Of a stretch of DNA of 64,000 nt, positions 18,970 to 27,964 are shown one piece after another. The stretch's first letter is position 1. Every line of letters starts with the position of its first letter. Both the position numbers and the translations under genes were made by a program. The notes beneath the pieces were generated by a model. It had not been told where the DNA came from. It ran no database searches and saw nothing but the letters and a program-made list of their open reading frames with translations. Source of the stretch: Chthoniobacterales bacterium (lineage in GTDB: Bacteria; Verrucomicrobiota; Verrucomicrobiia; Chthoniobacterales; UBA10450); NCBI GenBank assembly GCA_035473775.1, contig DATINV010000099.1:5806-69805 (forward strand). The letters run 5' to 3'.

Positions 18970-21900
18970 ATGTTTGCGCGCACTCGATTGGTTGCTCCGC
19001 TGCTTTTCGGCTCAGGGTTCTGTGCGCTGATCTATCAGACGACGTGGCTTCGTGAATTCCGATTAATTTTTGGCTCATCTACGGCGGCGACGGCAGCCGT
19101 GATAGGCGTCTTCATGGCCGGGTTGGGCTTTGGGGGAATTATCTTGGGGCAACGCTCAGAGACCAAGGCGCAACCACTCGCTTTCTACGCAACTTTGGAA
19201 TTGTTCATTGCGGTCAGCGCGGGCATTTCTCCGTTGCTCATTTTTGCGGCCCGACACCTCTACATCGCTCTCGGAGGAACCGAAGCTTTGGGACTGCCCT
19301 TCGGGACCCTGTTTCGCTTGATTCTGGCGGCGTTGATTATGGGAACGCCAACCTTTCTTATGGGTGGAACTTTACCCGCGGCCGCTCGCGCCGTCGTTGG
19401 CCAGACAGATGTTGAGCGGCGGTCGATCGGCGCTTTGTATGGCGCCAATACTCTTGGCGCGGTCGCAGGCGTGGCGGTTGGCACGTTTTATTGTTTTGAA
19501 AATCTTGGTAATCAACTGACGCTTTGGCTCGCGGCGGCAGTCAACGTTGCGATTGCACTGGCTGGTTTTCGTCTTTCGAAGGTGATGGCAAGCCGCAAGA
19601 TTGCGCGAGAATCACCTTCCAAGCCGCTGTCTGAAGAAGCGCCGGTTTTGGCAAGTCTGAAGTTCGTCTTGATCGCAGCCGGGATCGTCGGTTTCGCGTT
19701 TTTCTTGATGGAGCTTGTATGGTACCGAATGTTGGCGCCGCTTTTGGGTGGGTCGACATTTTCTTTCGGTCTGATTCTTGCCGTTGCTTTGCTCGGAATC
19801 GGCCTCGGCGGGATCGCATATGGATTTTTCGGGTTGCAGCGCTCTGCATCCTTACAGTTCTTCGCAGTCACCTGCGCGGCGGAAGCATTCTTCATTGCCT
19901 TGCCTTATGCGTTCGGGGATCGGATTGCGATGGTGGCCATGCTCCTTCGACCACTAGGCACGATAGGGTTCCATGGTCACATCATGGCTTGGACCGCATT
20001 ATGTTCGTTCGTCGTTTTGCCGGCCGCATTTGTCTCAGGTCTGCAATTTCCGCTCTTGATTGCTCTACTCGGCAAGGGCAAAAAGCTGGTCGGTTCGCAA
20101 ACTGGCGCTACCTACGCCTGGAATACAATTGGAGCATTGGCCGGTTCGTTGGCGGGTGGTTTCGGGTTCATCCCAAAGTTTTCAGCGCCGGGGGTCTGGA
20201 GAATGGTGATCGTGCTGCTTTGTGTGCTGTCGCTTACTGCCACGCTGCTTGCTCTCCGTGAGCGCGGCCACTGGAGAGCAATCATTGCTCCGGTCGTAAC
20301 GGCGTTCTTCGCGGTATCGATGTTGGCAGCCACTGGCCCGACGGCGTTTTGGCGTCACAGCCAGATCGGCACGGGTCACCTCACACAATTTCAAGGGTCG
20401 GCCAACGACATGCGTGAACTCATCCAAAAATTTCGGCGCGAAACCATTTGGGAAGCGGATGGAATCGAGAGCAGTGTTGCTTTGTCCAGCGGTGATGGAT
20501 TGGCATTCATTGTCAATGGGCGTGCCGACGGCAACGCGAAACGTGATGCCGGGACCCAGGTTATGCTCGGCTTAATCGGCGCGGCAGTGCATCCCGAACC
20601 AATAAAGGCGTTAGTCATAGGATTGGGCACGGGAAGTACGGCGGGCTGGCTCGCCGCGGTGCCGAGTATCGTCAAAGTTGACGCTATTGAGCTCGAACCC
20701 GCCGTTTTGAAAGTGGCAGAGCGATGCGCCCCAGTTAATCACGATGCCATTCTTAATCCAAAACTGCATGTCACCATCGGGGATGCACGGGAAGTTCTTC
20801 TAACCGCCCGTGAAAAATACGATCTTATTGTTTCCGAGCCGTCAAACCCCTACCGGGCCGGAATCGCGGGACTCTTTACCGAAGGATATTATCAATCAGT
20901 CGACCGGTGTTTGCAGCCGGGCGGAATATTTCTTCAATGGGTCCAAGCCTACGATATCGACGATCCAACGATTCAAAGTATTTACCGAACGCTAGGATCA
21001 GTGTTTCCGACGATCGAGACGTGGCAGACCCAGACTGGCGATCTTGCCCTAATGGCATCTCGTTCACCCGTGCACTATGGAGTGGAGGCATTGCGAGCTC
21101 GGCTTGCTCAGGAACCTTTCCAGAGTGCTCTGCGGGTTTCGTGGCAAGCGACAGGGGTGGAAGATTTTCTCGGACATTACGTCGGTAACAATGTCCTAGC
21201 TGATACACTGCAGCATCTCTCACCCGTCCCGATTAATACTGACGATCGGACCGTAATTGAATTCTCGTTAGTCCGATCTTTGAATCAAGCGAACGGCTTC
21301 CAGATCGCAAACCTTCGAGCGAGCGCTCACGATGCGCATGTTGATCGTCCTCAGAATATCGATGGAGAAGTCGATTGGTCCTTGGTTGATGAATCTCGCC
21401 TTTCCATGTTTGGACCGTTGAGTCGAGCCGAGCAAAGCCAAATGAGCTGGACTGCGCCGCAACGAGCTCGTGCGGCGTCGTTCGCGAGTTATTCAGACGG
21501 AGATCTCCCCGACGCTTTACGAAGTTGGCGAGCGCAGGATCAGGAACCGAAGACCGTGACTCAGTTGATGATGATTGGAGAGTGCTTGGCAGAACAAGGC
21601 GATAGCGCCGCGCTTTCTTATATCGATAAGATCCGGGAATCTTTTCCATGGGACGCTGATGCCATTCATGCTGAACTTCTGTGGCGGCAACGAAGACCAG
21701 AAGAGGCGGCAGAAACTCTGGAGAAGCTATTTCGCGCTTTATCGGATAATCCGTGGCCGAACCGTGAATTGATTAATCGTTCGCTTACCCGGGCCGAATC
21801 ACTCGCGAGGTCGGACCGCTCCGGAGTTGTAGCCGGTTTTCTTTACGACGCTTTAAGTAAACCGTTCTCGGTCTTTAACAACGAAAGCGATCGAATGGCC

Positions 21901-22188
21901 ACCAGGTTGGCGATTGGTATTTATGCGGATGGTGGTCGCTCCGGCGAAAAGACATTGGCCGCAATCGAGTCTTATGAGCCGCATATTGTTTGGCGACGGC
22001 AATTCCTCCAGTTGCGAAAAGATTGCTACATAGCCTTAAATAGCCCGCGGGCCGAACAGGCCCGTCGTGACCTCGACGAATTTATGCGACACGAAGCAGC
22101 GAGCGATGACGTATCCACCCTGACCAAGGAAATCCAAGCCCGGACGATGAGCGGGGCCAGTCAGGAGCGAACCGAAACCGGCCAATAA
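18970..22188 (+). CDS. fusion protein: N-terminal polytopic (MFS-like) membrane domain, spermidine-synthase-fold domain, C-terminal helical-repeat region
   Basis: Start set at the ATG at 18970 (MFARTRLVAPLLFGSGFCALIYQTTWLREF). More than 12 hydrophobic segments follow. The Rossmann/aminopropyltransferase-like core reads LVIGLGTGSTAGWL..DLIVSEPSNPYRAGIAGLFT..GGIFLQW. A helical tail of about 330 aa ends the protein. Confidence 0.7.
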   Translation: MFARTRLVAPLLFGSGFCALIYQTTWLREFRLIFGSSTAATAAVIGVFMAGLGFGGIILGQRSETKAQPLAFYATLELFIAVSAGISPLLIFAARHLYIALGGTEALGLPFGTLFRLILAALIMGTPTFLMGGTLPAAARAVVGQTDVERRSIGALYGANTLGAVAGVAVGTFYCFENLGNQLTLWLAAAVNVAIALAGFRLSKVMASRKIARESPSKPLSEEAPVLASLKFVLIAAGIVGFAFFLMELVWYRMLAPLLGGSTFSFGLILAVALLGIGLGGIAYGFFGLQRSASLQFFAVTCAAEAFFIALPYAFGDRIAMVAMLLRPLGTIGFHGHIMAWTALCSFVVLPAAFVSGLQFPLLIALLGKGKKLVGSQTGATYAWNTIGALAGSLAGGFGFIPKFSAPGVWRMVIVLLCVLSLTATLLALRERGHWRAIIAPVVTAFFAVSMLAATGPTAFWRHSQIGTGHLTQFQGSANDMRELIQKFRRETIWEADGIESSVALSSGDGLAFIVNGRADGNAKRDAGTQVMLGLIGAAVHPEPIKALVIGLGTGSTAGWLAAVPSIVKVDAIELEPAVLKVAERCAPVNHDAILNPKLHVTIGDAREVLLTAREKYDLIVSEPSNPYRAGIAGLFTEGYYQSVDRCLQPGGIFLQWVQAYDIDDPTIQSIYRTLGSVFPTIETWQTQTGDLALMASRSPVHYGVEALRARLAQEPFQSALRVSWQATGVEDFLGHYVGNNVLADTLQHLSPVPINTDDRTVIEFSLVRSLNQANGFQIANLRASAHDAHVDRPQNIDGEVDWSLVDESRLSMFGPLSRAEQSQMSWTAPQRARAASFASYSDGDLPDALRSWRAQDQEPKTVTQLMMIGECLAEQGDSAALSYIDKIRESFPWDADAIHAELLWRQRRPEEAAETLEKLFRALSDNPWPNRELINRSLTRAESLARSDRSGVVAGFLYDALSKPFSVFNNESDRMATRLAIGIYADGGRSGEKTLAAIESYEPHIVWRRQFLQLRKDCYIALNSPRAEQARRDLDEFMRHEAASDDVSTLTKEIQARTMSGASQERTETGQ

Positions 22189-22273
22189 ACAAGCGCAACT
22201 TTCAACCTGGCGCTCCGGGCGACGCATTACTTGTGATCATCGTTTCCTTTCTACCACTAATCTTCGACACCTG

Positions 22274-23923
22274 ATGCAAAGGCGTAGCCTGGGCTGGCTT
22301 AATATCCTTTTATTGGTCGTGCCGGTGGTTGCCGTTACGGTTTGTGTTTATCAGCCGGTTTGGCATGGCGGATTCATCTGGGATGACGATCGCTACGTTA
22401 CAAACAATCCGCTGCTCACTGCCTCAGACGGGTTGCGCCGAATTTGGTTTTCACTAGACGCGCCGTCCCAATATTTTCCGCTTTCTTATACGCTCCTGCG
22501 TTTCGAACACGCCTGGTGGGGCCTGAATCCGGCTGGGTATCATTGGGTCAACATTCTTCTGCACGTCGCGAATGCGCTCCTCGTCTGGCGAGTGCTGGTG
22601 CGTCTTCAAGTGCCGGGATCATGGCTGGCCGCGGCAATCTTCGCGTTGCACCCCGTCCAAGTCGAATCAGTCGCGTGGATTTCCGAAGTGAAGAATCTCC
22701 TGATGGGATTCTTTTTTCTGCTGACTCTTTTGGCATGGATTGAATACGTCGATTCGCAAACCCAACGCCGAAGAATCATCTATCTCGCGGCTCTTCTATT
22801 TTATTTCCTCGCGCTCGCCGCGAAATCCACTGCCTGTACGTTGCCAGCGGCTTTAGTCTTGATCCTTTGGTTGAGAAAGAAGCCGATCGACCGCCGCGCA
22901 ATTTTCGAAATTATTCCCTTTCTCGTTCTCGCCCTTGGCGCCGGACTGATCGCAGTTTGGTGGGAGAAATATCATCAAGGCACGCGGGTCCTGGTTTCAC
23001 TCGCGCCCATGGAGCGACTGCTGATCGCGAGCCGCGCGGTGTGGTTTTATCTGAGCAAGATTTTCTGGCCCTCAAATCTGACCTTCATTTATCCGCAATG
23101 GAAGATCGACCCTTCTGATGCGTCGGCTTACTTCTGGTTGGTCGCAACCAGCGCGCTCATCCTGGTCGTTTACTTTTCGAAACGGTTTTTTGGTCGCGGT
23201 ATCGAAGTCGGATTTCTATTTTTTGTTGCTACGTTGTCCCCGCTGCTCGGCTTCATCATGCTCTACACGTTTCGCTACACTTTCGTCGCGGACCATTATC
23301 AATACCTGGCGTGCCTCGGACCGATCGCGCTTGCGTCGGCCGGTTTTACCAAATCCCTCGAGCGGATGGGAAATGCACAGTGGATTAGGTGGACGACTGC
23401 TTTGGCAGCAATTGCCTGTCTCAGCGTGTTAACATTTCGACAAAGCGCGACGTATCACGACCTCGAGACGCTTTGGAGAGCCACGATTGCAAAGGATCCA
23501 AGCTCGTGGATGGCCTACAATAATCTGGGCGTTGTTGAGGTCGAAAAAGGCAACCTCGATGATGCCATTGCTAACTATCAACGATCTCTTCAACTTCATC
23601 CTGAGTATCCGGAAGCGCTTTATAATCTCGGAAGCGCGTTACTCCAGAAAGGTGAAGCGGACAAAGCGGTCGAGCTATGCGAGCAAGCGCTAAAGCTTCA
23701 ACCGAACGACGTGGACGCGCATGTTGTTCTCGGCAATGCGCTAATGGCGAAACAGGATATTGATCGCGCAATCAGTCATTATCACGAGGCGTTAAAGCTT
23801 CAGCCAGACGATTCCAACGCTCATCATAACTTGGGCGTTGCTTTGCAGCAGCAAGGCAAAAATGACGAAGCGGCCCGCGAATTTGAAAAAGCGGGAGAGG
23901 GGCGGTCGAACCGAAAGCAGTAA
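22274..23923 (+). CDS. TMTC/DUF1736-like polytopic membrane protein with C-terminal TPR repeats, divergent paralog 4
   Basis: 549 aa with GFIWDDDRYV after TM1, FALHPVQVESVAWISEVKNLLMG and VADHYQYLACLG. Its 4-5 TPRs include AYNNLGVVEVEKGNLDDAIANYQRSLQLHPEYPEA. Confidence 0.7.
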   Translation: MQRRSLGWLNILLLVVPVVAVTVCVYQPVWHGGFIWDDDRYVTNNPLLTASDGLRRIWFSLDAPSQYFPLSYTLLRFEHAWWGLNPAGYHWVNILLHVANALLVWRVLVRLQVPGSWLAAAIFALHPVQVESVAWISEVKNLLMGFFFLLTLLAWIEYVDSQTQRRRIIYLAALLFYFLALAAKSTACTLPAALVLILWLRKKPIDRRAIFEIIPFLVLALGAGLIAVWWEKYHQGTRVLVSLAPMERLLIASRAVWFYLSKIFWPSNLTFIYPQWKIDPSDASAYFWLVATSALILVVYFSKRFFGRGIEVGFLFFVATLSPLLGFIMLYTFRYTFVADHYQYLACLGPIALASAGFTKSLERMGNAQWIRWTTALAAIACLSVLTFRQSATYHDLETLWRATIAKDPSSWMAYNNLGVVEVEKGNLDDAIANYQRSLQLHPEYPEALYNLGSALLQKGEADKAVELCEQALKLQPNDVDAHVVLGNALMAKQDIDRAISHYHEALKLQPDDSNAHHNLGVALQQQGKNDEAAREFEKAGEGRSNRKQ

Positions 23924-23927
23924 GTGC

Positions 23928-24926
23928 TCAAGCCCAGTAATGGGCGTGGTGCTTTCGATAATATTCGAGTGTCTTACTTAACCCATTTTCCAACGTCATT
24001 TTTGGTGACCAATCCAACAGACGTTCGATCTTTCGGAAATCGGCGTAGTAATCTCCGATATCAATCGTCTTTCGATCTTCGGGGAAGGGAACCAGCTCGT
24101 AACGTCCGCCGCCGTTGATCCGAACAAGCAATTCGGCCAGTTGCTTTAAGTTCACATGTTCGCGACCTCCAAGATTGAAAATTTGGCCGTTGGAACGATC
24201 GCTCGCGGCAGCGCTCAACAGCGCTTCAATCACGTCGGTCACAAAATTGAAATCGCGTCGCTGTTCTCCGGTTCCGAAGACGTAGATCGGTTTTTGTTCT
24301 ACTAATTGCCGGATCCAAATCCCGAGAAAGGTTTGCCGGGCGTCCTTCACCCGCATGCCCGGACCGTAAGTGTTAGTTAATCGCAAGGCGCAGGCGCGAA
24401 TTCCATAAACGTCACTGTAAAGCAGGTGATACCATTCGCCGGCAAGCTTGTTGATTCCATTTACGTCGACCGGATTGATCGGGTGATTTTCGTCGACTGG
24501 AAGTTGCTTCGGTCGGCCGTAAACCTGCCGGGTGCTAGCAAAAACAATCTTCAAGTCGCGATTGTGCAGACGGCAAGCTTCCAGAATTTGCAATTGGGCT
24601 GCGGCGTTGATGTTCAAGTCAGTCAATGGATCGGTCATCGAATCAAGGTGGCTGGTTTGGCCGGCGAGATTGAAGAGGAACTGCCGATCCTTAATTAGCG
24701 CCGACATCGCTGCCGCATCCCGAACATCGGTAAGATCTACCGTCACCCGATCCCGAATGTCGGAAATATTGAAAGGATTACCGCCATACTCAGGGATCAG
24801 ACTGTCAACCAGGGTGACTTTCGCGCCGAGAGCCACCAGGCGTCGCGCCAAGGCACTCCCGATGAACCCAAGGCCGCCGGTGACGAGGACATCGGCGCCG
24901 GCGAAGATATCATGGTCCCGAGGCAC
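23928..24926 (-). CDS. extended-SDR NAD-dependent sugar-nucleotide epimerase/dehydratase family protein (atypical active site)
   Basis: 332 aa with VLVTGGLGFIGSAL and FASTRQVYG. The expected PYGxSK reads VNGINK. The C-terminal substrate domain looks typical. Confidence 0.85.
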   Translation of the reverse strand: MPRDHDIFAGADVLVTGGLGFIGSALARRLVALGAKVTLVDSLIPEYGGNPFNISDIRDRVTVDLTDVRDAAAMSALIKDRQFLFNLAGQTSHLDSMTDPLTDLNINAAAQLQILEACRLHNRDLKIVFASTRQVYGRPKQLPVDENHPINPVDVNGINKLAGEWYHLLYSDVYGIRACALRLTNTYGPGMRVKDARQTFLGIWIRQLVEQKPIYVFGTGEQRRDFNFVTDVIEALLSAAASDRSNGQIFNLGGREHVNLKQLAELLVRINGGGRYELVPFPEDRKTIDIGDYYADFRKIERLLDWSPKMTLENGLSKTLEYYRKHHAHYWA

Positions 24927-25000
24927 CCTTGAATTGTAGGGTGCGAACGAAAAGATTTCCTATAACTTTCCACGGTTTTTTTGGCACAATCGGGGCTGCA

Positions 25001-25972
25001 ATGGTCCAGGAAACAACTCCCGAGTTATCGCTGGTGATTCCGGTTTACAACGGCAGTCGCACGATTGGACCGCTGGTTGAGCAAATCACCAGGGTCTTTG
25101 CTTCGACATCGTTCGAAGTGGTTTTAGTCAACGACGGTTCCGAAGACAACAGCGAAGCGGTCTGTGCCGGGCTCGCTGAAGAGTATCCGCAGACGGTCGT
25201 GTTTGTGCATTTGAGCCGGAATTTCGGCGAGCACAACGCCGTGCTCGCCGGATTCATGCAAAGCCGCGGTCGTTACGCCGCAGTCCTTGACGATGACGGT
25301 CAAAATCCCCCGGAAGAAGTGAAACGGATGTTGGAGGACTTGAAACACAAGAATTACGACGTCGTCTACGGTCACTACATCGAAAAAAAACATTCGGCGT
25401 TCAGAAACTTCGGAAGTTGGTTCAACGGCCGGATCGCGACGATCATGCTGCATAAGCCTAAAGACCTTTATCTTTCGAGTTTTAAGGTGATGAATCGATT
25501 TGTAGTCAACGAGATCATCAAATATCGCGGACCCTATCCCTACACCGACGGTCTGATCTATCGGGTAACGCGAAACATCGGCCAACTCCCGGTCGAGCAC
25601 CGGGTAAGCGCGAGCGGGCCGTCGCGGTATACGTTTCGAAGGTTGGTCCGGCTATGGCTCAACATGTTCTTGAATTTTTCGATCAAGCCCCTCCGACTCT
25701 CGATCTACGTTGGATTGATCACATCCTGCTTGAGCGTAGTCGCATTGATTGGAATTTTGATCGACCGGCTTTGGATCACGCCGAACGTGACTCTTGGAAT
25801 TCCCACCGTGTTGGGGACCATCGTCCTTCTCGCGGGCATTCAGCTGATGATTCTCGGATTGGTTGGTGAATATCTCGGTCGGCTCTATCTCGATCAAACT
25901 GGCACTCCGCAGTACGTCCTTCGTTATACGATTCGCTCAGGAAGCAAAGACGGTCCGTCGCCGTCACCATGA
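25001..25972 (+). CDS. GT2 polyprenyl-phosphate glycosyltransferase (ArnC/GtrB-like)
   Basis: Start at the ATG at 25001. Motifs are LSLVIPVYNG, VLVNDGSEDNS, LSRNFGEHNAVLAGF and LDDDGQNPPEE. Two C-terminal TM helices end in GLVGEYLGRLY, matching ArnC architecture. Confidence 0.85.
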   Translation: MVQETTPELSLVIPVYNGSRTIGPLVEQITRVFASTSFEVVLVNDGSEDNSEAVCAGLAEEYPQTVVFVHLSRNFGEHNAVLAGFMQSRGRYAAVLDDDGQNPPEEVKRMLEDLKHKNYDVVYGHYIEKKHSAFRNFGSWFNGRIATIMLHKPKDLYLSSFKVMNRFVVNEIIKYRGPYPYTDGLIYRVTRNIGQLPVEHRVSASGPSRYTFRRLVRLWLNMFLNFSIKPLRLSIYVGLITSCLSVVALIGILIDRLWITPNVTLGIPTVLGTIVLLAGIQLMILGLVGEYLGRLYLDQTGTPQYVLRYTIRSGSKDGPSPSP

Positions 25973-25987
25973 TTTCGGGTCATACTC

Positions 25988-27964
25988 GTGTTGCCCGTTG
26001 ACCTTCGTCGCGCCTGGCCCGTGGCGACGGCAGCCCTGGTCTTACTAATTCTTGCGTTTGTCCCGCTTGAGCCGGTTCGGATTATCGCCCGCTACGTCCT
26101 GGTCGCCTATTTGCCCGGGCTCGCAATTTGGAAGCGGGTCAGAACAGAATCAGCATCGCTTGTCGATATCGTCCTTTATCCATCGTTGCTGTCGATGTTG
26201 CCATTTGCCTGGGTGAGTTTTGTCGCAGCGGCGCTCGGCTCGGGCTTGGTCGCAGCTGGCTGGATAGCAATTGCTTTCTTCGTCGGAGGTTGGTTGTGGC
26301 CTGCGCGGGGCGGTGATATTCGCGAACAAAAAGGAGACCGGATTGCAATCGGCCTCAGTCTCATTCTGACCGCTCTTCTGCTAGCTATTCCATTTGCGGT
26401 CAATTCTTTTCAGGCTGTCGCCTGGGATGCGCTTCTGCACGCGTCCATCGTCTCTCGAATTCTCTCCGGGGTAATTCCACCAGATTCGCCATGGATGGCG
26501 GGACAGCCCGTGAATTATTACTGGCTCTATCATTTTTATGTAGCGCTGTTACAGCGCCTCACCGGCTTGTCGACGTTCCAAGTCTTCGCAATGCTAAATC
26601 TGCATGCGTTGGTCCTTCTGGCGCTCGCAGGCTATCGGGTCGCAAGTCGTCTGACCGCTAACGTGTTTGGCCGAATTTCTGCAGCCTGGCTGCTAATATT
26701 CGGGCTTAACGCATTTGGGTGGATCATTTTTCTTTCGTATGGATCTCAAAATCCCGACAAGTGGTACTCGCTAGTATCGTCTTTCGCGATGGTTCGAGGC
26801 TACACCGTCTCACTTGGAAGTTTAATTCGTGAATTTTTAGATGGTTTTCCATTTCCTCTAAGCTTTGCCTTCGATGTTGCGTGGCTTGATGTAATTTTGG
26901 CACGCATTCAGGGTGAACGTCGCTTCGCGATTGGCGGCGGCTTTATTATTTTGGCAACTGCCCTCCATATTCATCCTCTAAGTGCAGTGTTCTTGCTGGG
27001 AGCTTCCCTCGTCGCTGTAGTGGTTCTTGTGTCGGTCGACCGCAATTCGCTGGTCGCTAACCATCGTCATCTCCTCACGGATATTGGTTGGACTTCGTTT
27101 GCGGCGGTCGCCGTCACGCTGCCGTATGCCTGGAACATTATGCACGCCAAGACCGGGATCCCATTATCGGTGCAGCTGAATTCCGATTTCCTGGCTAGTC
27201 AAGGTTGGAGCATTCTGGCGGCGGTCGGATTGATTGGAGTGCTCGTCGCCCCGGCGGTCTGGCTCGTTATTCGCCAGAAAGAGCCCGCAACCTTGTTCCT
27301 ACTTTTTTTCGCGGGAGCAACCACTGTTATTGCTTTGGTGATACACGTTTCTCTGGAAGCAGAGTACAAGGTCATTTACTTGCTTGCCTTCGGTCTCGCC
27401 CCCCTGGTCGCTGTGAGTTGGAACTTCTGGAAGCGGTCCACCTTAACGCGCCTCGCTTTTTGTTTAGGACTGGCGGTATGTGTTCCAACAAACGCAATCC
27501 AGAGTTACTGTTTCATAACTCAGCCACCGCGCGAAGCGAGGGATCCGGCAAGATCTCGATTGCTTTCGTGGATCCGCGAACAAACTCCCGTCGATGCGAT
27601 ATTAGTGGAGTATCCTTGGTGGGTGGAATACCAGAACTCCGATGCAACGTTTCTCTATCTGGACCGTTATTTCTTCGACATCGGTGTTTACGGCAACCGA
27701 CGTCAGTTGATTGGCTATAAGGGCATGCTTGAACAATGGGGATATCGCGATATCGACCTGCGAGAAAAGTTGTCTCTAAAACTTATGGCAGGCGTTCATT
27801 TGGACTCCTCGGATGTTGCCTATCTCAGTTCGCTCCGCGCGCCGATCATCGTGGTGACGAATTTATCGCAAGTAGGGGAACAGGGGTTCGACCGCGCGGG
27901 TTACACTCCCATTTATGAAGACGGCGATTTGCGGGCATATCGTGTGGTCTTGGCGAAACCGTGA
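25988..27964 (+). CDS. large polytopic membrane protein with C-terminal soluble domain; possible GT-C-type glycosyltransferase or polymerase
   Basis: 658 aa, GTG start, with at least 12 hydrophobic segments. The C-terminal block LLSWIREQTPVDAILVEYPWW.. resembles the tail module of the ArnT/PMT_2-like proteins in this locus. The stop overlaps the next start by 4 nt. Confidence 0.5.
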   Translation: MLPVDLRRAWPVATAALVLLILAFVPLEPVRIIARYVLVAYLPGLAIWKRVRTESASLVDIVLYPSLLSMLPFAWVSFVAAALGSGLVAAGWIAIAFFVGGWLWPARGGDIREQKGDRIAIGLSLILTALLLAIPFAVNSFQAVAWDALLHASIVSRILSGVIPPDSPWMAGQPVNYYWLYHFYVALLQRLTGLSTFQVFAMLNLHALVLLALAGYRVASRLTANVFGRISAAWLLIFGLNAFGWIIFLSYGSQNPDKWYSLVSSFAMVRGYTVSLGSLIREFLDGFPFPLSFAFDVAWLDVILARIQGERRFAIGGGFIILATALHIHPLSAVFLLGASLVAVVVLVSVDRNSLVANHRHLLTDIGWTSFAAVAVTLPYAWNIMHAKTGIPLSVQLNSDFLASQGWSILAAVGLIGVLVAPAVWLVIRQKEPATLFLLFFAGATTVIALVIHVSLEAEYKVIYLLAFGLAPLVAVSWNFWKRSTLTRLAFCLGLAVCVPTNAIQSYCFITQPPREARDPARSRLLSWIREQTPVDAILVEYPWWVEYQNSDATFLYLDRYFFDIGVYGNRRQLIGYKGMLEQWGYRDIDLREKLSLKLMAGVHLDSSDVAYLSSLRAPIIVVTNLSQVGEQGFDRAGYTPIYEDGDLRAYRVVLAKP

